A DNA stretch of 64,000 nucleotides from Candidatus Enterousia sp. (GTDB lineage Bacteria > Pseudomonadota > Alphaproteobacteria > Rs-D84): assembly GCA_045536625.1 (NCBI GenBank), contig JAZSNY010000025.1:1147-65146 (forward strand), in the 5' to 3' direction. The translations under genes and the position numbers were made by a program. Shown here in pieces: positions 37,981-47,417 of the stretch. Position 1 is the stretch's first letter. Every line of letters starts with the position of its first letter. A model generated the notes under the pieces. It did not search any database and was not told where the DNA came from. It saw nothing but the letters and a program-made list of their open reading frames with translations.

Positions 37981-39533
37981 AAAATTGCACGCGCATTAAC
38001 CGAAATCCTGTATGACGTAATATCCGCCATTGAAACAACCGACGCAGAGAAATCGCCACCAACCCCATCCATATCACCCCAGAAACCAACACACCCCATA
38101 AATTCCAATTCTGAATTAGTATTTACATTTATACCGATGCCATAATTATATTTTATTCCCAACATATCATAATCATAACGAATATCCATACCCACAACCC
38201 CGTAATTACGTTGGGCTTGATACTTTTCAACATCTGTATAATCTGCACCGACACCAACAAAAGGCACACTCCAAAACGAATCGGCAACTTTAAATTTATA
38301 TCCAACACTGCTTTCCAAATTCAGGCCTATTCCCACCGGCCCGGTTACAATATTATTTTCATAGAGTGCGCAATCAATATCAAAAACATAACGCAAAACA
38401 TCTAACCCCCCACGCACAAACAAATTATTTTCAAAAGTATATTCTGCCATAAAACCGACACCATAAATCACCCCCGAAAACACATCCACATCCGATTTAA
38501 ATTCTATGTCACCAACATGTCCAACAATCCCAAGTCTAAAATTTTCATCCACATTAACAACATATCCCAAATTCAATCCCCACACATAAAAATCATTACT
38601 CCATCCCATAAATGGATTTAATAGTACGCCACCATTACGCATATAATCATCACGAAATATTACACCAACAACACGAATAATATTTAATAAAACATCTGGG
38701 TTCAAACGTGCACTTTTCGTCATAACACGATGCAATTCATTCATATCATTCGCGGCATCCAACGCATTAATCAAATCATCTTCCGAATCACGCATACGCA
38801 AAGAATCAAGAAACGCACCCAATTCATCACCAAAAATTTTGGAATAATCCGTTTCACGAACACGTGTAAAAATCAGATTACCATCCCGAATATACGCCAC
38901 ATCTGAAAACAATCTGTCCGCATTATCCGACAACACACGCACAGTACCACTTCCCGATACATTTTTCATGAACACAACATCATACAAGTCACCCAAATCA
39001 TCTATTTTAAATATCACATCACCTTCAATTGTTATCGGCACTTCTATTCCTGAGGTAACACCATTTATATCCAAGACAGAATTTTTCAATATTATTTCAT
39101 CCGCCATATTTGCAAAATCAATCACATGCGCCAAAGACAAATCATCCACACCATCAATCATTACAGAATATGGCACCATAAAACCACCGGAAACCATATC
39201 AGCATTACCTGACACCACCTGAAACAATCGTGCATATTCACCCAGATAAAAATTTGAATCTATCACCCCACGATTCTTTACAAATAAATCACAACGGTCA
39301 CATAAATATATATCTGTTTTTAATTCACCATTATTTTCCAAAAGAATTGTTTCCGTAACAAACAACGTATCGGGCGCATACATAACATCCGTTCCAATAA
39401 CTAAATCAGAACGTGCATATTTATCACCCAACCAAACACTGCCGTTTACAATATCGGCACACACAGCTGCAACTGGCAACAAACAAGACAACAAAAAAAT
39501 TGCAACAGGTTTCATTTCCCATGATACTATCAC
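37977..39533 (-). CDS. Outer-membrane beta-barrel protein, possibly autotransporter-like
   Basis: Signal peptide; C-terminal beta-strand pattern ending in Phe (ISVNARAIF). Confidence 0.45.
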   Translation of the reverse strand: MIVSWEMKPVAIFLLSCLLPVAAVCADIVNGSVWLGDKYARSDLVIGTDVMYAPDTLFVTETILLENNGELKTDIYLCDRCDLFVKNRGVIDSNFYLGEYARLFQVVSGNADMVSGGFMVPYSVMIDGVDDLSLAHVIDFANMADEIILKNSVLDINGVTSGIEVPITIEGDVIFKIDDLGDLYDVVFMKNVSGSGTVRVLSDNADRLFSDVAYIRDGNLIFTRVRETDYSKIFGDELGAFLDSLRMRDSEDDLINALDAANDMNELHRVMTKSARLNPDVLLNIIRVVGVIFRDDYMRNGGVLLNPFMGWSNDFYVWGLNLGYVVNVDENFRLGIVGHVGDIEFKSDVDVFSGVIYGVGFMAEYTFENNLFVRGGLDVLRYVFDIDCALYENNIVTGPVGIGLNLESSVGYKFKVADSFWSVPFVGVGADYTDVEKYQAQRNYGVVGMDIRYDYDMLGIKYNYGIGINVNTNSELEFMGCVGFWGDMDGVGGDFSASVVSMADITSYRISVNARAIF

Positions 39534-39594
39534 CCATTACAATATTAACAACAAAAAACACCCAAAATGGGTGTTTTTATTACAATTTAAATTA

Positions 39595-40149
39595 TTATTT
39601 TTCTAATTTGCCCCATCCGGCCTTGTATCCACCATCACGTTCCAGATAGATATTGGCACCTTCCAATTGTCCTGCATTCAATCCTTGAATCATATAGGTT
39701 TGATTCAAGCGACCACTCATCCCGGTTTGCAGCATAGGCAACTGAACATTTAACAACTTAGCGTTGTTACAGCACTTTGCATCATTATAGCACGAACCGC
39801 ATTGATACATTTTTACGTGATACTGAACGCCTGGGCGCATATCTTTTAAATCAACGGTCATCTTTAAACCATTATCTGTTTCTTTGAACTTAATATGTCC
39901 CATTTTTGATTCACCGCCACGACTGCTGTGCGTATACATTTTTGCATACACAGAATTCACATCCGCATTTTCATATGTTTGATACACAACAATTGTATCC
40001 GATTCGATAACCTCAACAGGTTGGGGGTGATGCATCGCTTTCTTGTGATGCGTCTTTTTTGCGGGACATTCCATCATGCACCCCGACAACAGCGCCACCA
40101 CCCCCATCAAAGATGCAAATGTTAACATTTTTTTACTTACATTTTTCAT
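39595..40149 (-). CDS. Lipoprotein with a His-rich N-terminus and a Cys cluster; possible metal-binding protein
   Basis: Lipobox LLSGC; HHKKAMHH; CGSCYNDAKCC. Start placed at ATG 40149. Confidence 0.4.
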   Translation of the reverse strand: MKNVSKKMLTFASLMGVVALLSGCMMECPAKKTHHKKAMHHPQPVEVIESDTIVVYQTYENADVNSVYAKMYTHSSRGGESKMGHIKFKETDNGLKMTVDLKDMRPGVQYHVKMYQCGSCYNDAKCCNNAKLLNVQLPMLQTGMSGRLNQTYMIQGLNAGQLEGANIYLERDGGYKAGWGKLEK

Positions 40150-40332
40150 ATGTTTCTCCTTTGTGTTTACACAAACATACTTTACAATAAAAACCCACAA
40201 ATTACCCCAGGTTTGAATTCCCAAAAAAACACCGGATTATATGCGTATAGCGCTTTTTGATTACAATCCTGTAACATACTTTTTTTCAAACTGATATTTT
40301 AAAATACAACCAACAAAAAAAGGAGGATAAAA

Positions 40333-40689
40333 ATGTACGAATTGATACAACACTTAATTGCGTTTAAATACGCATGCAAAATAAATCATTGGTCAACCGA
40401 CAGTTATTCAAAACATCTTATGTTTGACAGATTATCCGAAGACATCGACACATGGATTGACGCAATCGCAGAAACATACTTTATGGCGACAGATAACAAG
40501 AAAGTTTTTAAATCTGATATTTTAAATCCAAAATTCATTAATCGCGATTTAGTAAAACTGTGCGAAAAAATAATATCACATTTGGAAGAATTGCAGAACG
40601 ATGACGAAACAAACGAAGGCCTAAATTCTTTATTAAGCGGAATTGAAGAAGGGTTCTTAAACAAACTTGCAATTGCGAAATTAATATAA
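40333..40689 (+). CDS. Hypothetical helical protein (118 aa)
   Basis: ORF followed by the terminator aaatccccattttggggatttt. Confidence 0.4.
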   Translation: MYELIQHLIAFKYACKINHWSTDSYSKHLMFDRLSEDIDTWIDAIAETYFMATDNKKVFKSDILNPKFINRDLVKLCEKIISHLEELQNDDETNEGLNSLLSGIEEGFLNKLAIAKLI

Positions 40690-40712
40690 AATCCCCATTT
40701 TGGGGATTTTAT

Positions 40713-41228
40713 TTATTTTGCAACATTAACACTTGCCTTAAATCGTCTATATTTCCCTAACACCATCATCCCAAGGCGATATGCAACTAAAACCTGTAAC
40801 AACAATGCAACTATATAATTACGTGGCAAAGCCGTTAAATACTGCTGTGTCCCCGGCAAATATCCCGTTTCAATAACTGGCGCCAAACCGGTCAATATCG
40901 TTGCCATCAAACCAACACGCAACAGTGGCATATATTTCATAATGTCAAATCTTTTAACGATTCGCATTACCATCGGTCCAACAATAAAAAAATCTAAACA
41001 AAAGGCCGTCAAATACATCGGCACAAACGCCGCACAAAAATTTTCCAAGGTCAAATGACCATAAATCCATAAATTCAAAGTCATCATCCCCAACAACATT
41101 GTTGTACAATTTGGTATTGCTGAAATAATTGCCTCTTTAAAATTTTGCGGTGGTAAATGCTGTATCGAACTCATAATATTTCTCCTATACATGTAAAAAA
41201 CAGTGCCTTCAACTGGACTTATTGGCAC
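40713..41228 (-). CDS. Hypothetical membrane protein
   Basis: About four transmembrane segments. Confidence 0.4.
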   Translation of the reverse strand: MPISPVEGTVFYMYRRNIMSSIQHLPPQNFKEAIISAIPNCTTMLLGMMTLNLWIYGHLTLENFCAAFVPMYLTAFCLDFFIVGPMVMRIVKRFDIMKYMPLLRVGLMATILTGLAPVIETGYLPGTQQYLTALPRNYIVALLLQVLVAYRLGMMVLGKYRRFKASVNVAK

Positions 41229-41338
41229 TGCACGTTGTTAATTCCTCTTCAAAAACCACCGCATTATAATTTTTTAAATAATTTTGGTCAACAAAAAACG
41301 CCCCAAACGGGGCGCCTATACCTAGATTTTCTTCTGAC

Positions 41339-41953
41339 CTAGAACATAAACCTGATGCCAATATCACCACCAAAGTTATGCAACCCGGAATTGATATCAA
41401 CATAGGTATAACGTGCAGCCAAATCAACCGCAAAGCGTTCCATATCAAATGTCACGCCCAATGTCCCCATTGCCGAGAAACGTGTTTCATCCTTGCTGTG
41501 ACTTGGCACCAATGTTCCATGACGTTTAACATCAGTCATTGCGATACCCGCACCAACACCTATGAACGGACGAACGATTTTATATGAACCAAATTCCATA
41601 TAGTTATTCCATAATAACGTCTGCATTTTTGCTTCAACATCAACGGTACCCGCATCACCAAAGCGTTCAGAATCAGACAGTTTACCAAAATAAGACCATT
41701 CAATTTCTGAACGAACGGTATCACAGACCTCTAACCCCAATGCGGCGCGCCCCTGAAAAATATAATCCGTCATAGATTCTTTATTGCCATTATATTTATA
41801 ATTCAGGTTTGAATAACTCATACCACCTCTCAGGCCAACATAAGGATCCATCCCCCACATTTGCCAACTGCTGCCCTGATCCGGATGATTAATCCCTGCA
41901 AAAGCCGGGCATGCAATCAACACCGCCAACGCTGATATTGCTAATTTTTTCAT
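41339..41953 (-). CDS. Small outer-membrane beta-barrel protein (OmpW/OmpA-like porin family)
   Basis: Signal peptide MKKLAISALAVLIACPAFAG; alternating beta-strand pattern; C-terminal Phe (GIRFMF). Confidence 0.55.
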   Translation of the reverse strand: MKKLAISALAVLIACPAFAGINHPDQGSSWQMWGMDPYVGLRGGMSYSNLNYKYNGNKESMTDYIFQGRAALGLEVCDTVRSEIEWSYFGKLSDSERFGDAGTVDVEAKMQTLLWNNYMEFGSYKIVRPFIGVGAGIAMTDVKRHGTLVPSHSKDETRFSAMGTLGVTFDMERFAVDLAARYTYVDINSGLHNFGGDIGIRFMF

Positions 41954-42122
41954 TTCTTCTCCTTTTTGTATTTAATGTTTTTGTTTCATGTCAACACTTT
42001 AATTCTATCAGCACTAAACAAAAAAATGCATAGGTATGAATCCCTGACGTATACGCATGATTTCTGGGATTTTTTTCTTATATAAAACAAATAAAAAAAC
42101 GGCCACACACGACCGTAATTTT

Positions 42123-42198
42123 TGGTGGACGCGCAGGGACTCGAACCCTGGACCCACTGATTAAGAGTCAGTTGCTCTACCAACTGAGCTACGCATCC
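42123..42198 (-). tRNA. tRNA-Lys (anticodon CTT)
   Basis: Reverse complement: GGATGCGTAGCTCAGTTGGTAGAGCAACTGACTCTTAATCAGTGGGTCCAGGGTTCGAGTCCCTGCGCGTCCACCA. Cloverleaf with anticodon loop CTCTTAA and encoded CCA. Confidence 0.8.
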
Positions 42199-42260
42199 AA
42201 AACCGATTTTTTTCTTATCAGCGCGCTAATTATATCCTTTTTTTTATAAAATGCAAGTTT

Positions 42261-43472
42261 TTATAATCCCCCATCCACAACAGACACACATCTTGGGCGT
42301 AAATCTATATTTTTTATATCTTCTATGGTTTGTGCGCCCGCCAATGTCATAACACGACGCAAATCCTGTTTCAGATAATCAAATACATCAACGACCCCGC
42401 GCCATCCACCCAACGCCAAGCCATAAATTACGGGTCGTCCAATTGCAACAACATCCGCCCCACTGGCAATGGCCTTGAATATATGTTGTCCACGCCGAAT
42501 ACCACTGTCAAAAATAATTGGCACACGCTTATTTACACGTGCGGCTATCTCTGGCAACATTTCAAAAGCCCCCGGCGCCCCATCCAACTGACGTCCACCG
42601 TGGTTTGAAACCCATATTGCATCTGCCCCCGCCCATATAGCCAATTCTGCATCATCAGGATGTTGAATCCCTTTGACAATAACCGGTAAATAGGTCACAG
42701 ATTTCACCCACATAACATCATAAGGTGTCAAATCATTTTTTGAGGCAGCAAAAATCTTGCTGATTCCCTGCCCCTTGGTCTTAACACTTTTCTTAGCAAC
42801 ATTTGGCAATTCCAATGGAAACTTAAAGCTATTTCGCAAATCCGCGATACGATTTCCACCAACCGGCGCATCCACGGTTAAAATAATCGCCACATAACCC
42901 AAATCTTCGGCCTTTTTGATAATCTGCTTATTAAAGGCTTCATCCTTGCTCAGATACAACTGAAACCATTGTGGTGCCCCACGTCCCGCCTTGGCAATAT
43001 CTTCAAGACTGGAACTGGCATAATTACTTACACTCATTATCGTTCCCGCTGCGGCCACGCCATGCGCGGTTCCGGCCTCGGCCGATACATGCGCCAACCC
43101 ATGTGCCGCCGCCGGCGCCGCAATAACCGGCAAAGAAATTTCCGTCCCCAGTATTGTTGTTGCAATATTTGGCTCAACCACACCGGTCAACACACGTGGC
43201 ACAATATCCACATTATCAAACGAAGAAATATTACGCATCATTGTCTGTTCTGTTTCCGCACCCCCACGAATATAATCAAATCCCCCCTGTGGGATAATTT
43301 CACGCGCTTCTAACTCTAAATCTTCAATATCATATATTACAATTTGTCCATCGCGATTCGATGCCTGATAACCAACATTTTCAACGATTGGCGATTTATG
43401 CATATACGCAACAAACCATGCAATCAACAGCACGGCCAACAAAACACATAAAATAAAAATTATTTTTTTCAT
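42261..43472 (-). CDS. FMN-dependent alpha-hydroxy-acid dehydrogenase (L-lactate dehydrogenase/oxidase family) with an N-terminal transmembrane anchor
   Basis: WVSNHGGRQLDGAPG motif and TIM-barrel FMN-dehydrogenase pattern; N-terminal helix ILCVLLAVLLIAWFVAY. Confidence 0.75.
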   Translation of the reverse strand: MKKIIFILCVLLAVLLIAWFVAYMHKSPIVENVGYQASNRDGQIVIYDIEDLELEAREIIPQGGFDYIRGGAETEQTMMRNISSFDNVDIVPRVLTGVVEPNIATTILGTEISLPVIAAPAAAHGLAHVSAEAGTAHGVAAAGTIMSVSNYASSSLEDIAKAGRGAPQWFQLYLSKDEAFNKQIIKKAEDLGYVAIILTVDAPVGGNRIADLRNSFKFPLELPNVAKKSVKTKGQGISKIFAASKNDLTPYDVMWVKSVTYLPVIVKGIQHPDDAELAIWAGADAIWVSNHGGRQLDGAPGAFEMLPEIAARVNKRVPIIFDSGIRRGQHIFKAIASGADVVAIGRPVIYGLALGGWRGVVDVFDYLKQDLRRVMTLAGAQTIEDIKNIDLRPRCVSVVDGGL

Positions 43473-43570
43473 ATATTTTCCCCCTTGGATAAAACAAATT
43501 CTACCACGCGAAAAGGAAAATTATGATTTGACAATATTCATAAAATAAATCCCCACTATGTGGGGTAAAA

Positions 43571-44833
43571 TTATTTTTTTAAATAAGACGTTGGGTTATA
43601 TGCCTGTGTTCCCTTGCGTATTTCAAAGTGTAATTGTGGCGTATCAACCTTTCCTGTTTCACCAACTGTTCCTATTTTCTGACCAACTTTGACCCGTACA
43701 CCACGACGCACCATCATCGAATCCATATGTGCATAAACTGTCATCCAACCGCCATCATGCTGAATTATCACCAGGTTTCCCATACCCTTGACCTCATTCC
43801 CGGCATACGCAACGACACCATTTTCCGCGGCCAAAACATTAGCGCCACGTGTTGCAGAAATATTTATACCATCATTAAACAAACCATTTGACTTGGCACC
43901 ATAATCGGACAAGATTCGACCACGAACCGGCCATGAAAATTTAGACGAAGACCGCCCCACAATCTTGGGCAATTTTTTCGTTGGATCCGAAGAAATCTTT
44001 TTGGCCTGGGCGACTGCGGTTGTCTTATTTTTCGTGGTGTCGGGTGCCTTATCCGCCACCTTGCCCTTTTCAGTTTTCTCTATCTTTTTTTCAGGCACTT
44101 TCGTCTTGTCTACGCTGGAAATCTGGGATATTTTTGAATTTTCTTTTTTCTTCACGACGACATTTTCCACCGCCCGGGCATCCGTCAAATTTGGCACACG
44201 AATTTTTTGCCCCACAACCAAATTAAAAGGCGCCTTTAAATTATTCATAACCGCCAAATCATTAACGGGCACAGAATACCTGCGCGACAAAGAATACAAA
44301 GTATCCCCCGGCACAACACGAACCTCGCTTAATTCTACACGCGTAACAGTTTTAACCCCGGCTTTCGGCTTATTTACTTCCAATACAGTACCCACATCTG
44401 CACTTTTTTCCGCATCCGCGCGCACACCGGTATCTTTATACGTCGGCACAACCAAGATATCATCCGCCGTTTCCGCCCCTGTCTCAACAATCGCCCCGCC
44501 CCTATCGGCATCCGCAGATACGACAGATTCTGACACCTGTGGTGGCACAACATAATCGTCAACCGAGGCATACATAACATAATCAACGTCTTCAAATTTT
44601 CCGTACAATTCGGGCGAATCATACACCCCATAATCTGTTACAGCCGAATTATAAATTTCGGGATTTTTATCTGGATCTGCCAACAACGTTGGATATCGCG
44701 CTGAAATAAAATCCCCAACCGAATCCGGCAATGAAGTAATCTTCGGTTGCAGATCACACGATGTTTGTGTAATCAAAATACCGATAAAAATACAAAAGAC
44801 TTTCCTCACACGACAATTATAGCACAAAATCAA
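43571..44833 (-). CDS. LysM-domain M23 metallopeptidase (NlpD-like), probably a lipoprotein
   Basis: LysM segment (VVPGDTLYSLSRRYSV...), an Ala/Lys/Thr-rich linker, and a C-terminal M23 domain (HDGGWMTVYAHMD...QLHFEIRKG). The track start is a TTG, so the true start is uncertain. Confidence 0.75.
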   Translation of the reverse strand: MILCYNCRVRKVFCIFIGILITQTSCDLQPKITSLPDSVGDFISARYPTLLADPDKNPEIYNSAVTDYGVYDSPELYGKFEDVDYVMYASVDDYVVPPQVSESVVSADADRGGAIVETGAETADDILVVPTYKDTGVRADAEKSADVGTVLEVNKPKAGVKTVTRVELSEVRVVPGDTLYSLSRRYSVPVNDLAVMNNLKAPFNLVVGQKIRVPNLTDARAVENVVVKKKENSKISQISSVDKTKVPEKKIEKTEKGKVADKAPDTTKNKTTAVAQAKKISSDPTKKLPKIVGRSSSKFSWPVRGRILSDYGAKSNGLFNDGINISATRGANVLAAENGVVAYAGNEVKGMGNLVIIQHDGGWMTVYAHMDSMMVRRGVRVKVGQKIGTVGETGKVDTPQLHFEIRKGTQAYNPTSYLKK

Positions 44834-45537
44834 TCACGACGCATAAATAAAATACTAAATTCAAACAAAATCCACATTGGTATCGCCAACATAATCTGCG
44901 ATACAACATCTGGTGGGGTTAAAATTGCGGCAACAACAATAATAAAAATTATAACATAACGTCGCATTTTAACGGCACGCATTTTTGGCAAAACACCAAT
45001 TCTATTCAACAACACCAATACCAACGGCAACTGAAAAGCAACCCCAAAAATCTTCATCAACCCTATGGCCATACTTAAATAATCCCGCGCCACGGGCATC
45101 AACATTGCAGGTACCGGTGCCGATTGATTTAATTGAATAAAAAATTTAAACACCACCGGAAACAGGAAATAAAAAGCAAACCCCGCCCCCAATACAAACA
45201 GACAAGGACACAATAACAACAAAGGCCAAATTATTTTACGTTCTTGCTTTTTCAGTCCCGGTGCAACAAAGGCCCACGCATGCCACAACCCAACCGGCAA
45301 GACCACAATCAGTGCAAACAATCCGGCCAAAGACAAGTGAATCATCACACCATCAGACAATCCAGTATACAACAACTCTCCATCGGGCCAAACTGATAAC
45401 AGCGGCCCTGTCAAAAACGATTGAAACATCGGTGCGACATACCACCCCAGAATAAAACTAATTACAAACACCAATGCCACCCACAAGACACGTCGGCGCA
45501 ACTCAGAAAAATGTTGCATCAGGGTCATCTGCTTCAT
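44830..45537 (-). CDS. tatC: Twin-arginine translocase subunit TatC
   Basis: FSELRRRVL N-terminus and six transmembrane segments; the ATG overlaps the tatB stop. Confidence 0.85.
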   Translation of the reverse strand: MKQMTLMQHFSELRRRVLWVALVFVISFILGWYVAPMFQSFLTGPLLSVWPDGELLYTGLSDGVMIHLSLAGLFALIVVLPVGLWHAWAFVAPGLKKQERKIIWPLLLLCPCLFVLGAGFAFYFLFPVVFKFFIQLNQSAPVPAMLMPVARDYLSMAIGLMKIFGVAFQLPLVLVLLNRIGVLPKMRAVKMRRYVIIFIIVVAAILTPPDVVSQIMLAIPMWILFEFSILFMRRD

Positions 45538-45836
45538 TTTTTTGTCCCTTTACGCACGTTTTTCGGCATTTTTTTCTTTTTTGGAATCACATCAGAAAAA
45601 GTATCCAAAACATCACTGGTTGTGTTTTGAATCAAATCATCAATCGGTTTTTCTAAATCAATTTGTTGCTTTAAATTTTCTGATATATCTGAAATTTTCC
45701 ACATAACGCGACGCACCGCATTTACCAACCGTGCCAGGAATCGGGCAACATCGGGCCACAGACGGGCCGGTACAACCAACACAGCCACCAACAATATTAC
45801 AAAAAATTCTGCCCAACTAATTCCAAACATTTGCAT
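45534..45836 (-). CDS. tatB: Twin-arginine translocase subunit TatB
   Basis: MQMFGISWAEFFVILLVAVLVV transmembrane helix followed by an amphipathic helix; sits immediately upstream of tatC. Confidence 0.7.
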   Translation of the reverse strand: MQMFGISWAEFFVILLVAVLVVPARLWPDVARFLARLVNAVRRVMWKISDISENLKQQIDLEKPIDDLIQNTTSDVLDTFSDVIPKKKKMPKNVRKGTKK

Positions 45837-46450
45837 TAATCATAGTATTCATCACCACCACTTGTACTAACCATTTTATGTCGCTGAATCTGGAAATAAT
45901 TTTTTCCAAAATTCGTTTTTTCTTTTAAAGCACGAAAAGCAACATCTGTCGTGGCCCCAGTGGCATCAACCACCGTCCAAGAATTTAACTTTACCGGTTT
46001 TTTATCAAACACAACCGTCATATACCCCAGACCCTCCTGTCCCTTTAAATTTAATTTCAACGCAAAAGAATTTTCATAATCAATTGTCTCAACAACATTA
46101 ATATCTGCATTTTTCAAATCAATATTTTTGCGCACCAAAATCCCCGCCGGCGTACTAGTAACCGGAACGGTTGTAATCTGATCCAGGGATTTATCAAAGA
46201 AATACAAATCTTGTCCATCTGAAATTAATTGCACGGGCATATTATCATAATCTAAACGAACACGTCCCGGACGCAACATAGAAAACTGTCCCGCCTGCTG
46301 CTTGCCATTTGCGGTTTGCACAAATTTCCCGTCCAAACCGGTTACAGAATTTAAATATTTTTCTGCACTATTCACCAATTCAGTATCAACAGCGGCATTG
46401 GCACCAACACAAAAAACAGACATAAAAACGGTGACAAAAAATTTTTTCAT
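45836..46450 (-). CDS. lolA: LolA-like outer-membrane lipoprotein carrier protein
   Basis: Signal peptide; MLRPGRVRLDY...ISDGQDLYFFD pattern. Confidence 0.6.
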   Translation of the reverse strand: MKKFFVTVFMSVFCVGANAAVDTELVNSAEKYLNSVTGLDGKFVQTANGKQQAGQFSMLRPGRVRLDYDNMPVQLISDGQDLYFFDKSLDQITTVPVTSTPAGILVRKNIDLKNADINVVETIDYENSFALKLNLKGQEGLGYMTVVFDKKPVKLNSWTVVDATGATTDVAFRALKEKTNFGKNYFQIQRHKMVSTSGGDEYYD

Positions 46451-46451
46451 C

Positions 46452-47405
46452 CTATTCTCCCTTGAACAATGCTATAACCCGTGCACGCACATCTTCCAAA
46501 GTTTCCCCACGAACAATCGCACCTGCGGCCCTTTCGTGCCCCCCGCCCCCCAGGGCGACCGCAATATGATCTATTGGTTTTCTACGACTGCGTATAGAAA
46601 TACCTATTTGGCCTGGCTTTTGTTCTTTTAACAAAACAATATAATCCACCCCCTGAATCTGCCCCAACAAACTAAGAACCATTTCACCACGCCCATCCAA
46701 ATATTTATAGTCTTTTTTTACGATCATCGCCAACGCCAACCGACCATGATACAAAAATTCTGCATTTGCGGTTGTTCTGGCCTCTAATTGAACCGCCTTG
46801 CGTGGTTTATTATGCATCAGCTCAATCAAATTACGGATATTGACACCTGCATCAACCAAATCAGCCATTATCCGCAACGCATCGCCATTGCGCACAAATT
46901 TAAAATTCCCCGTATCTGTCAAAATTCCCAACGCCAACAAATCTGCCGTACGCGAATCCATATACAAACCACCAGCCCGCATAATTTTGTACACAATAAC
47001 AGCCGTGGCGGGCGCATTTTCATCATTAATACACAACGCACCCACATTTTCATCATTTTTATGATGATCTATTTCGATAACAAACTTTGCGTTATCAACA
47101 ATTGCCCGCGGTCCACCAATATGCGCCTGGTTTCCATAATCCATCACAATTGCCAAATCATATTGCATTTGTGTATCAATACGTTCAAAGTATTTTATAC
47201 GTGAACGTAACGGCACATAATCCAGCGCATCCGGAATATTTCCATCATAGGTACAAACCGGCACAATTCCAAAATTATCTTCTATTAAATGCGCCAACGC
47301 TAACACACTGCACAGCGAATCACCATCTGGGTTCTTGTGTCCCATAATTGCAATTGACCCAGCGTTTTTTACACGTTCATAAAATTCTTGTATTTTCTGT
47401 TCCAT
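46452..47405 (-). CDS. nrnA: DHH/DHHA1 phosphoesterase (NrnA-like nanoRNase/pAp phosphatase)
   Basis: IAIMGHKNPDGDSLCS and a DHH motif; 317 aa. Confidence 0.7.
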   Translation of the reverse strand: MEQKIQEFYERVKNAGSIAIMGHKNPDGDSLCSVLALAHLIEDNFGIVPVCTYDGNIPDALDYVPLRSRIKYFERIDTQMQYDLAIVMDYGNQAHIGGPRAIVDNAKFVIEIDHHKNDENVGALCINDENAPATAVIVYKIMRAGGLYMDSRTADLLALGILTDTGNFKFVRNGDALRIMADLVDAGVNIRNLIELMHNKPRKAVQLEARTTANAEFLYHGRLALAMIVKKDYKYLDGRGEMVLSLLGQIQGVDYIVLLKEQKPGQIGISIRSRRKPIDHIAVALGGGGHERAAGAIVRGETLEDVRARVIALFKGE

Positions 47406-47417
47406 ATCAATCTTTTT

